From: Candidatus Micrarchaeia archaeon
Lineage (GTDB): Archaea > Micrarchaeota > Micrarchaeia > Anstonellales > Bilamarchaeaceae
DNA: 64,000 nt
Assembly (NCBI GenBank): GCA_050303335.1
Contig: JBNLBN010000001.1
Span: forward strand, 42,239-106,238
Direction: 5' to 3'
Shown here: positions 36,603 to 45,336 of the stretch, piece after piece
Position numbering within the stretch: the first letter of the stretch is position 1
How the letters are laid out: each line of letters begins with the position of its first letter
Notes under the pieces: model-generated
Database searches by the model: none
What the model was told of the DNA's origin: nothing
The model's input: only the letters and a program-made list of their open reading frames with translations
Program-made: the position numbers and the translations under genes

Positions 36603-37261
36603 ACACCTCCTTCATAGAATTCCTTGCAAGGAGCGAGGCCATTAAATTCGGTGATTTTACCCTGAAAAGCGGGAGGCAGTCACCGTACTTCATTGATATG
36701 GGCGTTCTCTCAACAGGCGCCCAGTCAGCCGTTCTCGGAAGATTCTATGCAGAACTCATCCGGGATAAGTTCCCGCAGGCAAGCACGGTCTTCGGTCCTG
36801 CCTACAAGGCTATACCGATTGCAATAAGCTCGGTTATCGCACTGGATTCCATGGGAGTCCAGAAGAAATGGCTCTTCGACAGGAAGGAAATGAAGATCCA
36901 CGGGGCTGATGCAAACTCTGTTTTCGTCGGTTCGCAGTCCATAGACCACGGAGAGAAGATAGTGCTCGTGGACGACGTCATGACCACAGGAGGAACAAAA
37001 GCCGATGCCATAGCGAAGGTGAAAAAGACCCTCAAATGCGATGTCGTGGGCATTGTTATCGCAGTAGACAGGATGGAGCGCGGGAAGATAAAGAGCGCGA
37101 TATCCGAATTTCAGGATGAAAACGACATCCCAGTCCATGCGATAGAGAACATTTCAAACATATTCGAATATCTTGCGAACAACGATATCGGCGGAAAAAG
37201 ATTCGTCGACAAGGATACATACAAGGCTTACAGGGAATATATCAGGAAATATGGAGTATGA
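36599..37261 (+). CDS. pyrE: Orotate phosphoribosyltransferase-like (type I PRTase)
   Basis: FGDFTLKSGRQSPYFID N-terminus and the PRPP-binding VLVDDVMTTGGT motif. Confidence 0.75.
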   Translation: MNTSFIEFLARSEAIKFGDFTLKSGRQSPYFIDMGVLSTGAQSAVLGRFYAELIRDKFPQASTVFGPAYKAIPIAISSVIALDSMGVQKKWLFDRKEMKIHGADANSVFVGSQSIDHGEKIVLVDDVMTTGGTKADAIAKVKKTLKCDVVGIVIAVDRMERGKIKSAISEFQDENDIPVHAIENISNIFEYLANNDIGGKRFVDKDTYKAYREYIRKYGV

Positions 37262-38207
37262 AATCCATAAATGAGTCGTCTATTTCTGTTACTTCAAGAT
37301 CAGTGCATCTTGCAGATGTTCCAAGCAGGCCGGATATGCTCGGGGTCGTCCTTCCGGAATCTCCTGAAATCATCTCCTTGATGTATGTTCCTGGCTCGGC
37401 CTTGACGGAGATTGTTGCACTGTTTCCTTCCATCTCTTCTACTTCCAGCTCCTTAATCTTTCTCATCCTTACAAGGTCCGCCCTCCTGTGAGAGACGCGG
37501 AGCGGGGTTTTCTGGCTTAGGGTTTTCCCGACAAGCGATTCCATCAATTCCCTGTCTTTTTCATTTATCTCCCTTCCAAATTCAATTCTTGCCCGGTACT
37601 TCTTGTCGAAATGTGATTCAGTTACGAATTCAACGAACCTGCGCTCCACTATCCTGACGTTCCTGATAGCAACGCCGTCCCCCACGCTTTGTTCGATCTC
37701 CCCGATATCAGCATCCCTGTTTTTAGGATTCGTTATTTCCATCACGAATGCCCTTCCGGCTGAATTGGTTGCATCGACATCCTCCCTTCCGGAGGCATGG
37801 AGCACATAGTCGTCGGCATCGAATATCCTTTTGAGCGGTTCCCCTATTTTTTCTTCCACCGAATCATAAAGCTTCTTTCCGTCCCTGTCGATCCACCTGC
37901 TCTGCGAGAGGCCTTTCCTGCTTTTGAGATACCTTCCGAATACGAATATCGGCAATCTCTCGAAGTTGACAGTGTTGCTCTTGAAATCGAAGATCAGCCT
38001 GATCTCCCCTTCCCGGACGTAATTTCCCCCGAGCTGCTCAGGAATTATCCTGTTGACCCTGTTCTTTATGCTCTCGTTTCCAAGGCTCCTGTCGAATTCG
38101 GCCTCCTCTTTGATCATCCAGTCTGAGGGGATTATCGTGGATATTGAATAGCTCTTTGCTGCTTCCTTCTTCAGAATGGCCCTTGCATCCTCAATCATCT
38201 TTTCCAT
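37242..38207 (-). CDS. pus10: tRNA pseudouridine synthase Pus10-like (lacks a long N-terminal domain)
   Basis: HASGREDVDATNSAGRAFVMEI resembles the Pus10 catalytic AGREDVD motif. 321 aa. Confidence 0.5.
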   Translation of the reverse strand: MEKMIEDARAILKKEAAKSYSISTIIPSDWMIKEEAEFDRSLGNESIKNRVNRIIPEQLGGNYVREGEIRLIFDFKSNTVNFERLPIFVFGRYLKSRKGLSQSRWIDRDGKKLYDSVEEKIGEPLKRIFDADDYVLHASGREDVDATNSAGRAFVMEITNPKNRDADIGEIEQSVGDGVAIRNVRIVERRFVEFVTESHFDKKYRARIEFGREINEKDRELMESLVGKTLSQKTPLRVSHRRADLVRMRKIKELEVEEMEGNSATISVKAEPGTYIKEMISGDSGRTTPSISGLLGTSARCTDLEVTEIDDSFMDFILHIS

Positions 38208-38212
38208 AAGAA

Positions 38213-38563
38213 TCAGAATATTGCCTTGTGCGGCTCGGACGGAAGCGCGTGCTTTATCCGGTATCCCTCGATGATAAGTGCTGCCCTTTCAATCTTATCA
38301 TCAAGGCTGTTTGTAAAATCCCTGCCCCTCACCTTGTTTACGAAAAGTCCGAAATCAGCAAGAGTGTCGGTGCCGTTCCTGCTCATGAGGTCAAGGATCT
38401 CGACAACTACCCTTTTCCCCCTCGGTCCGCTTCCCCAGATGCTGAGGCCGAGTGCTACCTGGTTGATGAAATGGCCCTTATCCTCCTGGTTCATTTTCTT
38501 CCAGAGCTTCAGAATCTTCTGTTTGCACTCATCATCAAGAAAATCAATCATCCTTCCACCCAT
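38213..38563 (-). CDS. Hypothetical protein
   Basis: 116-aa ORF. No motif recognised. Confidence 0.3.
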   Translation of the reverse strand: MGGRMIDFLDDECKQKILKLWKKMNQEDKGHFINQVALGLSIWGSGPRGKRVVVEILDLMSRNGTDTLADFGLFVNKVRGRDFTNSLDDKIERAALIIEGYRIKHALPSEPHKAIF

Positions 38564-38874
38564 TTCTTCAGGTTCAGTTCCTTGCCGTCCTTTGCCATCT
38601 CGAACTGCTCACCGAGAGCCAATGCCTGGTTCAAAGCCCTTGCAGTCATATTCCTGCTAACAGTAGTCCTGGTTTCCTTTACCCGCTTGAACACAAGCTC
38701 TCCAATATCGGATTTCCTCGGAGTGGCCTCCTTGAGTTCCCTTGATTCCAGGGCGGTTTTCTCGTATCTTGCAAGGTTTTCCATCGAAAAACTTGGGCCG
38801 GTCTTGAACACCTCATCAAGGAATTCATTGAACTGGATCCTCAAGTCCTTCTTCTTTTGAGCAGGCGGCGTCAT
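38548..38874 (-). CDS. Hypothetical protein
   Basis: 108-aa ORF overlapping the downstream gene by 16 nt. No motif recognised. Confidence 0.3.
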   Translation of the reverse strand: MTPPAQKKKDLRIQFNEFLDEVFKTGPSFSMENLARYEKTALESRELKEATPRKSDIGELVFKRVKETRTTVSRNMTARALNQALALGEQFEMAKDGKELNLKKWVEG

Positions 38875-38925
38875 AAAAGCTATTCTTCACTATTCTTTAA
38901 AATCGTTGTGACAAGATTACTCAAT

Positions 38926-39639
38926 ATGAGGAGGGTAGCCGTAATATCGAACGAGCCTTCTTTCCAGGAGCCGATGCGTTTCCGGGGAAAGCTGGAAACG
39001 ATAAGAGGGATGGTTGATATCCAGCTCCGGGAAATGGGCGCAGAACCAAGAATCTTCAGGCCTATTGATGATAAAACCGATTTCCCGGACATCAGAAAAT
39101 TCTCAGCCCTGATTGTTGGCGGATCCAAGCTGAACATTACAGACCAGGACCTTAAAAAATACGAGTGGATGAGGATGCTCTTTGATTTTATCAGCGATTC
39201 CCACGGAAAGATCCCCATTCTCGGCCTCTGCTTCGGCCATCAGGCAGTCGGCCGCGTTTTAGGCGGAAAACTGGAAAAATATGAAGGCTATGAAGTGGGT
39301 TTTACAGGTACGAGGAAAATCGGCAATGACCCGTTGCTAGATGGGATACCTCCAGTATTCGATGCCCTTTACTCGCATTTCACTTACATCACCGGGATTT
39401 CTCCAATTGCCCTGTCTACTGACCCACAGAATCGGAGTGTGCAGGCATTCAATTCAGGGACCACGTGGGGGGTGCAATTCCATCCTGAATACGAGAGCGC
39501 TGCTGTGCTGGACCTTGTCAATGCAAGAAGAGAGGCAATCGAGCACCTCATAGATTTCGATTCCGTAAGAAGCAGGCTCCAGTCGGTGACAGAAAGGCAC
39601 GATATCCGCGTCCTTTCGAATTTCATAAGGATGATCTAG
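38926..39639 (+). CDS. Class I glutamine amidotransferase-like protein
   Basis: ILGLCFGHQA nucleophile-elbow motif and a later His (FHPE). The start is placed at MRRVAVISNE. Confidence 0.65.
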   Translation: MRRVAVISNEPSFQEPMRFRGKLETIRGMVDIQLREMGAEPRIFRPIDDKTDFPDIRKFSALIVGGSKLNITDQDLKKYEWMRMLFDFISDSHGKIPILGLCFGHQAVGRVLGGKLEKYEGYEVGFTGTRKIGNDPLLDGIPPVFDALYSHFTYITGISPIALSTDPQNRSVQAFNSGTTWGVQFHPEYESAAVLDLVNARREAIEHLIDFDSVRSRLQSVTERHDIRVLSNFIRMI

Positions 39640-41993
39640 AAGAACGAATCGAGGCTTTTTTGCATTCCCCCATGCCTCATGCTGTATTCGTCGTAACCCA
39701 GTTCCTTCATGATCTTCATGACAGCAGGAAGTATCTGGTGGCTTATGTAATATTCAGCATCATAGTCCTTTGCAAGTTCGAGAGGCTCGGCCTTTTCCGA
39801 TATGGTCTCTCCCCTCTTCCCGATAACATAGGAGATCAGGGTCCCCTTCTCAGCAGGGATCCCTGCCCTCATCATTTTCCTTGCAGCGCTAAGTTCCGGG
39901 CTTTTTACCTCATAGCTGTCAGGATTCTTGTTGAGCTGGGTGCTGATTGCAAGATTCTCGAGAGCAACTTTCCCGGAATTAAGCTGGTTTATCGTCTCCC
40001 TGATTATCTTGACGGCCTTTTCCTTGCTTCCTTCTATGAGGATCGCCTCAAGCACCCTCTTCTGGGTATCTTTTGCCACATTGGACCAGTCGCGCCTCAC
40101 CAGCTCGAATCCCCGGATCTTTATCCTTCCGTCTTCTCCAAGGAGGGCGTATTTCTTCTTTGCCCCCTTCTCGTCGCCCTTCTTCGAGACGAACACGCCA
40201 CGCTTGAAGAACCCTTCAAGTTCAAGTTCCATCTTCTCAGGAAGATCGTCATTCACCCTGTTCATGAAACTGGTCACTTCCTCCCTATCCTTGTAGATGA
40301 GGAAGACCGAATCGGTATCTGCATAGAGCACCTGGAACCCGGATTCCTCCGCCTTCCTGATGGCATCAGCTATATGCTGCCTTCCCCATGCAGTGACACT
40401 CTCGGCACAGGGCCTGGAATACCACCTGGATCTTGCATATCCAAGATACCCGTAGAACGAATTGGAGAGTATCTTCAATGCCTGGCTCCTTGCGCTGATC
40501 CTCACGTAGTCAAGGGAATCCTTATCCAGTTCCTTCAGCCTGCGCTTCAGCTTTGACCTCATATCCACAAGGTAATCAAGCACTTCTGGGACAAGGCCCA
40601 CCTCCTCCTTGCTGAATTTAGCCCCAGTTGGAGAGATATGTACATCCTCCCCATCCTCTACGAGCGTTCCGGGATCAATATTGTATGAAACTATGATGGA
40701 AGGATACAGCCCCCTGAAATCAAGGACTGCAATGTTGTCGTAAATCCCAGGCTCCGGCAGCTTGACGAATGCACCCTGAATGGGAGCATTTATCCTCTCA
40801 TAGATGGATTCTCCCACCGGTTTCCTCGGTATGATCTTGTTCCTTCTTGATGCATGGAACATCAGCAGGCTCTCGACGAGCTGGCCGCTTGTGGACAGGG
40901 TCGTCTGGAAAAGCGGCATCTTTGATACGGATGAGATCTCCACTTCGAGGGGAAGGAGCCTTTCGGACAATGATTTCGTCAATTCGGCATCCACCAGGGA
41001 ATACTTGAACAGCTTCTCGTCTCCGGCGTCCCACAATTTCCAGATATCATCCTTTGCAACATCAACCTTTTTCTCTCCCAGGACGCTTTCGCAGACTGCA
41101 TCAAGTGTGTACCTCTGGGTCTTGATCACCCCAATGAATCCGAAGAGCCTTGCAATTGGGTACATATCGAAATGCACCCTCCCCTTGACCTGGAAACCCT
41201 TAATCATCCCCTTCTTCATGGGAACGAGCTTTCCTCCGAAGCGTCCGATATCAAGAGGTACATTGAGCATGTCTGCCCTCGCTTTGAGATATGGTAGATC
41301 GAATGTAGAAGAATTATATCCTGTAATGACATCCGGATCCTCCTCTTTTACCACTTCCACGAACCTCCTGATCATCGACTTCTCGTCATTGAGATCCTCA
41401 ACGAAGTCCTGGCCTTTCTTGAAACTAAGGACGCCGCTTTTTTCTCCTGCATAACTAATCATGACGACAGGATCCTTGTTCTCCCTCGGCGCCCCCACCG
41501 GGTTGTAGGTTTCGATATCGAAGGCGAGCGTCTTAAGCTGCGGCGGCTCGCCTGATTCGACCTTTATGATCTTTTTTATGACCTTCCCTTCCCTCTCGTA
41601 TGTGATGACATCGAAAGGGGAAAGCTGCATGTCATATATGAACCTTCTAGCAAACGGGATGCTGTATTCAAAGCACGGGAACGGTATCGCCTGCTTGATT
41701 ATGGGGACATCTGCAGGTATCTTGCAATAAACCTTGATGATCTTCTTCTTAAGAAGCCCCTCCTCCTTGTCAATGATCTCCACGTTGCTCGGGGATGTGT
41801 ATTCGCCGTTTTTCCTCTGGACCTCTATATCGAGAAATTCCTCCGCCCGTTCCACCGGGCCCTCTACAAGGAAATACGGGTCCTGTTGGTAATACAATCT
41901 TGTTGTTACCTTTCCCTTGAGAAGAAGCGATACGTATGTCTTTCCGCCTTTGACGGTATAGCTTGCGTCTATAAAATAGGCCTTCTTCTTCAT
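39636..41993 (-). CDS. polB: Family B DNA polymerase
   Basis: 785 aa. Exonuclease FDIETY, polymerase YADTDSVF, and KILSNSFYGY motif. Confidence 0.85.
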   Translation of the reverse strand: MKKKAYFIDASYTVKGGKTYVSLLLKGKVTTRLYYQQDPYFLVEGPVERAEEFLDIEVQRKNGEYTSPSNVEIIDKEEGLLKKKIIKVYCKIPADVPIIKQAIPFPCFEYSIPFARRFIYDMQLSPFDVITYEREGKVIKKIIKVESGEPPQLKTLAFDIETYNPVGAPRENKDPVVMISYAGEKSGVLSFKKGQDFVEDLNDEKSMIRRFVEVVKEEDPDVITGYNSSTFDLPYLKARADMLNVPLDIGRFGGKLVPMKKGMIKGFQVKGRVHFDMYPIARLFGFIGVIKTQRYTLDAVCESVLGEKKVDVAKDDIWKLWDAGDEKLFKYSLVDAELTKSLSERLLPLEVEISSVSKMPLFQTTLSTSGQLVESLLMFHASRRNKIIPRKPVGESIYERINAPIQGAFVKLPEPGIYDNIAVLDFRGLYPSIIVSYNIDPGTLVEDGEDVHISPTGAKFSKEEVGLVPEVLDYLVDMRSKLKRRLKELDKDSLDYVRISARSQALKILSNSFYGYLGYARSRWYSRPCAESVTAWGRQHIADAIRKAEESGFQVLYADTDSVFLIYKDREEVTSFMNRVNDDLPEKMELELEGFFKRGVFVSKKGDEKGAKKKYALLGEDGRIKIRGFELVRRDWSNVAKDTQKRVLEAILIEGSKEKAVKIIRETINQLNSGKVALENLAISTQLNKNPDSYEVKSPELSAARKMMRAGIPAEKGTLISYVIGKRGETISEKAEPLELAKDYDAEYYISHQILPAVMKIMKELGYDEYSMRHGGMQKSLDSFF

Positions 41994-42053
41994 AAACTTC
42001 TATATCATAAGTAGATTTTTTAAAAAGAAAGAAAAAAGTGATGCCTAAAAAGA

Positions 42054-42785
42054 TTATTTCCTCAAGGATGACTCCTTGCTGACGAGCTCTGAGAGGATGT
42101 CTTCATGGACATACCTCCTTCCGCCGATCTTGACGTGAGGGATCCTTCCACGGTCCAATCTCCTCTCAAATGCGTTCCTCTTGATCCTTATCCCGTTCTT
42201 GTGCAATTCCTTGATTGCCTGGCTGACGGAATAATAGTTGGAACTGATGTGTGTTAAAGCATCAACTGCATCCTTTGGAACAAGTCTCCTTGTTCCGAAC
42301 TTCACTGACGGAATGGATCCTTTCTCGATCCTTCCAATAAATGCCCGGAAGTTGATTTTCGGATTTGACTTCTTGTATGATTCGAATGCTTCCTTTACGG
42401 TATAGAACTCTCCCTTCGTGCTTGTTATGTCGTCAAGTACGGATTTCGGTATATACCTTTTTCTTCCAACTTTAACGAATGGAATGGTTCCGCGCTCAAT
42501 CCTTCCTCCGAAAGCCCTGAATGATATGAATACTCCGTTGCCCTTTAGGTAATCGTATGCAGACCTTACTGAATAGAGGTCATGCTTTCCTTCAAGCTCA
42601 TCTTCTGATGCTTTCTGACGATAAAGATTCTGTGCGACCTTAAATACGCTGCCTATTGATGAAGACAAGCTCTTCTCGGTCTTGTCTCTTTCCTTCTTTA
42701 TTTCCCCAACGTCGATGGACCTAAATCTGTCGACATAGTCATCATCGACTTCTGTTTCTATAATGATTTTCTTTCCACGAGGCAT
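42054..42785 (-). CDS. Protein with three tandem excisionase/MerR-like HTH repeats
   Basis: Three ~60-aa repeats share the pattern FRAFxGRIExGxIPxVKxGxRRxxPKxxxDxx. Examples: ISFRAFGGRIERGTIPFVKVGRKRYIP, FRAFIGRIEKGSIPSVKFGTRRLVP, RNAFERRLDRGRIPHVKIGGRRYVH. Confidence 0.5.
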   Translation of the reverse strand: MPRGKKIIIETEVDDDYVDRFRSIDVGEIKKERDKTEKSLSSSIGSVFKVAQNLYRQKASEDELEGKHDLYSVRSAYDYLKGNGVFISFRAFGGRIERGTIPFVKVGRKRYIPKSVLDDITSTKGEFYTVKEAFESYKKSNPKINFRAFIGRIEKGSIPSVKFGTRRLVPKDAVDALTHISSNYYSVSQAIKELHKNGIRIKRNAFERRLDRGRIPHVKIGGRRYVHEDILSELVSKESSLRK

Positions 42786-42886
42786 GGCATCACCAATTTA
42801 TTATAATTTATACATTTTTATGTTTTATCTGATTATTACTATAAATGACACAGTTTATAAACGTAATGTTTGTGTCGATCTATAAT

Positions 42887-44134
42887 CTAGGCTTTGGATT
42901 TTATGCGAATTACCAAATATATCGCTAAAATCACTACAAAAATACCACCTACAATGTAAAAAAGTGGTAAACCCTGATCTGATCCTGTGTTTTCTTGTGT
43001 ATTTGTCTGGTTTTGGTCATCAGGCACTTCAACGTCCAACGTGGAGAATTTTCCCTCAATCGTTGCACGATTTCCTACCTTGTCCTTAACATCAGCTCTA
43101 AATGAAACGATGCTATTTTGTGGTAACTCAGGAAATTCTGCAGAAAAAGTATTAAAACCTACCGTATAAACGGTTGCAGGTGAAAACGGCGTTGTCGCGT
43201 CAGATGGCTCCACCCTGTAGCTTACCTGCAGGCTTTTTATGTCAACCCCGCTTCCGAATTCACCGGGATCTGTAACAGGTATGGTCAGTTTTGTCCTATT
43301 ATTCACTGTTTCTGGAATAATTTCTCCAAAAGTCGGTGGATGTATATCATAAATCACCAATGCACTTGTATTTTCCTGTGTATCAATCTCTCCCGTTTTT
43401 ATCTCGTTCTTGTAACTTACTTCAAATGGAACAACAAGCCCGTACGTTTTTTCTGTTGTGTAGCTTCCCATCATCTCATGCGTCTCATCAAAAATGGTCA
43501 GTTTTGCCTGCAGCGGTCCTCCAAAGTCATCGATCACATTGACTGTCAGCTGCTCGAAAGGAAAAGTCACTATAAAATTTATATCATCATCGACAACGAT
43601 GACTCCGCTCTGCTTCGCCCTTTCGTAACTGGCAAGATAGTCGTATTCCCCTTCAGGAAGGTATATCCTTGTGAAACCGTTGTTGTTGGTCTTCTGGAAC
43701 CTGTTTGAAATTGTTACTGATGCGTTCGGTATTCCAAGTCCGAACTGGTCCTTGACATAGAAATTCACCGGAAAGACATTCTCAAGCACAACGCTTACTA
43801 TTGATCCGTGCTGGTTTGCCTCGACCTTCTCTGTCTCATTAACTTCGTTCAGCTTGGCGAAGATGGTGATAGTGCAGTCTATATCCCGGATAGTAGTTCC
43901 CTGGTTTATGATCTTGAAGTGCACCATCCCCCGTTCGTCTGTCTGCCTCACTTTGGTTGTAAAGTACTGCTGTCCGAAGGAGGTCCCGGTGTCGTATGTT
44001 ATGGTAACATCGACGTTTTGGATGGGCCTGAGATTCGCATCAAGCACCTGCACATCGAATTCATCAGTCTTTCCCGAACAAAAATCCTCTGCAAAAGCAG
44101 TTGTTATCAAAAGTAGCAACAGCAAGTATTTCAT
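42887..44134 (-). CDS. Secreted surface-anchored protein with prealbumin/carboxypeptidase-regulatory-like beta domains and a C-terminal TM anchor
   Basis: Signal peptide MKYLLLLLLITTAFA. Repeated beta-rich segments. C-terminal LPLFYIVGGIFVVILAIYLVIRIKSKA. Confidence 0.5.
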   Translation of the reverse strand: MKYLLLLLLITTAFAEDFCSGKTDEFDVQVLDANLRPIQNVDVTITYDTGTSFGQQYFTTKVRQTDERGMVHFKIINQGTTIRDIDCTITIFAKLNEVNETEKVEANQHGSIVSVVLENVFPVNFYVKDQFGLGIPNASVTISNRFQKTNNNGFTRIYLPEGEYDYLASYERAKQSGVIVVDDDINFIVTFPFEQLTVNVIDDFGGPLQAKLTIFDETHEMMGSYTTEKTYGLVVPFEVSYKNEIKTGEIDTQENTSALVIYDIHPPTFGEIIPETVNNRTKLTIPVTDPGEFGSGVDIKSLQVSYRVEPSDATTPFSPATVYTVGFNTFSAEFPELPQNSIVSFRADVKDKVGNRATIEGKFSTLDVEVPDDQNQTNTQENTGSDQGLPLFYIVGGIFVVILAIYLVIRIKSKA

Positions 44135-44159
44135 AACCCTTCTTTATTATCTAAAATTT

Positions 44160-45311
44160 TTAATACTCTCCCAATGTCTTCTGCCTTGAACTGAGCATCT
44201 CCCGTATGAGGACGCCCTGGTCAATGAACCTTGATATCGGCAGCTTCATCTTTGTCGATACATAATTCATCGCGGACCTGAAGCTTTCGAATTCCCTTGG
44301 CTTTTCATTCATCGCATTCCGGACATTCTCCCTCACATTGAACACTCCAAGAGGTATATATCCTTCGCGTGCTTCGCGCAGTATTATCGCTCCGGCCTGC
44401 TTTTTCATCCTCATCAGGCCTTCGAGCACCCCGAACTTGGCGCTGTAATAGCATCCTCCGACCACAGAGTAGCTTTTCTTTGGCTTCCACTGCTCGTAAT
44501 CTGCAAAAATCATTTCCTCGTTTCCAAGGATCCTGATAAAAGCCTCTATCCATTCGTACTGCCACGGAGTCGGAAGAAGGATTATTGCATAATAGTTGTT
44601 GAGGCTCGAGAATTCGAATACCTGGAAATTGTGGAGGATATCGAAATACTTCACATTATCATAAAGGTACGATGCAAGCATGCTGTCTACTGCGGTAATA
44701 GACCATCTTGTAGGGACAAGCTTCCGCTCAATTCCCATAGATCCTGTAGAAAGCGCCTTCTGAAGGTTCGAGACAAGCACCCTGTCATTGTAAAGCCCGA
44801 CAACTGCATCCCTTGCAAGGAGGTCGGTATCATAATACGCCTTCTCAAGTCCCCGGTCCCACTTTACATTTTCGATCTCGAATTTGTCAAGCCTGGCGCT
44901 TGGCCCATGCGGCTGGTGCTCGTTGTCGAACATGAAGCCCCTTGGTTTGTGGTGGAATTCAGCCTCGCTCTGTACCGATTCGCGAGCAAGCGATATTTCC
45001 TGGAGCTTTGTAACCAGTTTGTCATCCAGGTCCCTGATTCCCACGATCTTTTTTCCTCTAACAAGATCCATCCTGAAGCTGATGATGTCCTCCTGTCCCT
45101 TATTCTGAGGTATCCATGCCTCAGGCCGGTCAAGGATGGTGCTCTCGTCATATTGGGTCATCATGGGCCCTACGGCAACCTTTGGATAGCCGAAGCTTCC
45201 TATAAATACCGATGGCGGGCTGCTTCCATCCATCTTTTCTGAGACATCTGCAGTCTTCCATCTGATGTTGCTGGTAATTTTTTTGAGATAGGCGCCTTTT
45301 CCCAAACCCAT
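44160..45311 (-). CDS. Conserved archaeal hypothetical protein, possibly Nre-family (PCNA-associated DNA-repair factor)
   Basis: 383 aa. The extreme C-terminus QKTLGEY is a degenerate PIP-box-like QxxLxxY. The family call is from memory only. Confidence 0.3.
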   Translation of the reverse strand: MGLGKGAYLKKITSNIRWKTADVSEKMDGSSPPSVFIGSFGYPKVAVGPMMTQYDESTILDRPEAWIPQNKGQEDIISFRMDLVRGKKIVGIRDLDDKLVTKLQEISLARESVQSEAEFHHKPRGFMFDNEHQPHGPSARLDKFEIENVKWDRGLEKAYYDTDLLARDAVVGLYNDRVLVSNLQKALSTGSMGIERKLVPTRWSITAVDSMLASYLYDNVKYFDILHNFQVFEFSSLNNYYAIILLPTPWQYEWIEAFIRILGNEEMIFADYEQWKPKKSYSVVGGCYYSAKFGVLEGLMRMKKQAGAIILREAREGYIPLGVFNVRENVRNAMNEKPREFESFRSAMNYVSTKMKLPISRFIDQGVLIREMLSSRQKTLGEY

Positions 45312-45336
45312 GGATATGAATTAGATCATTCTTGAT

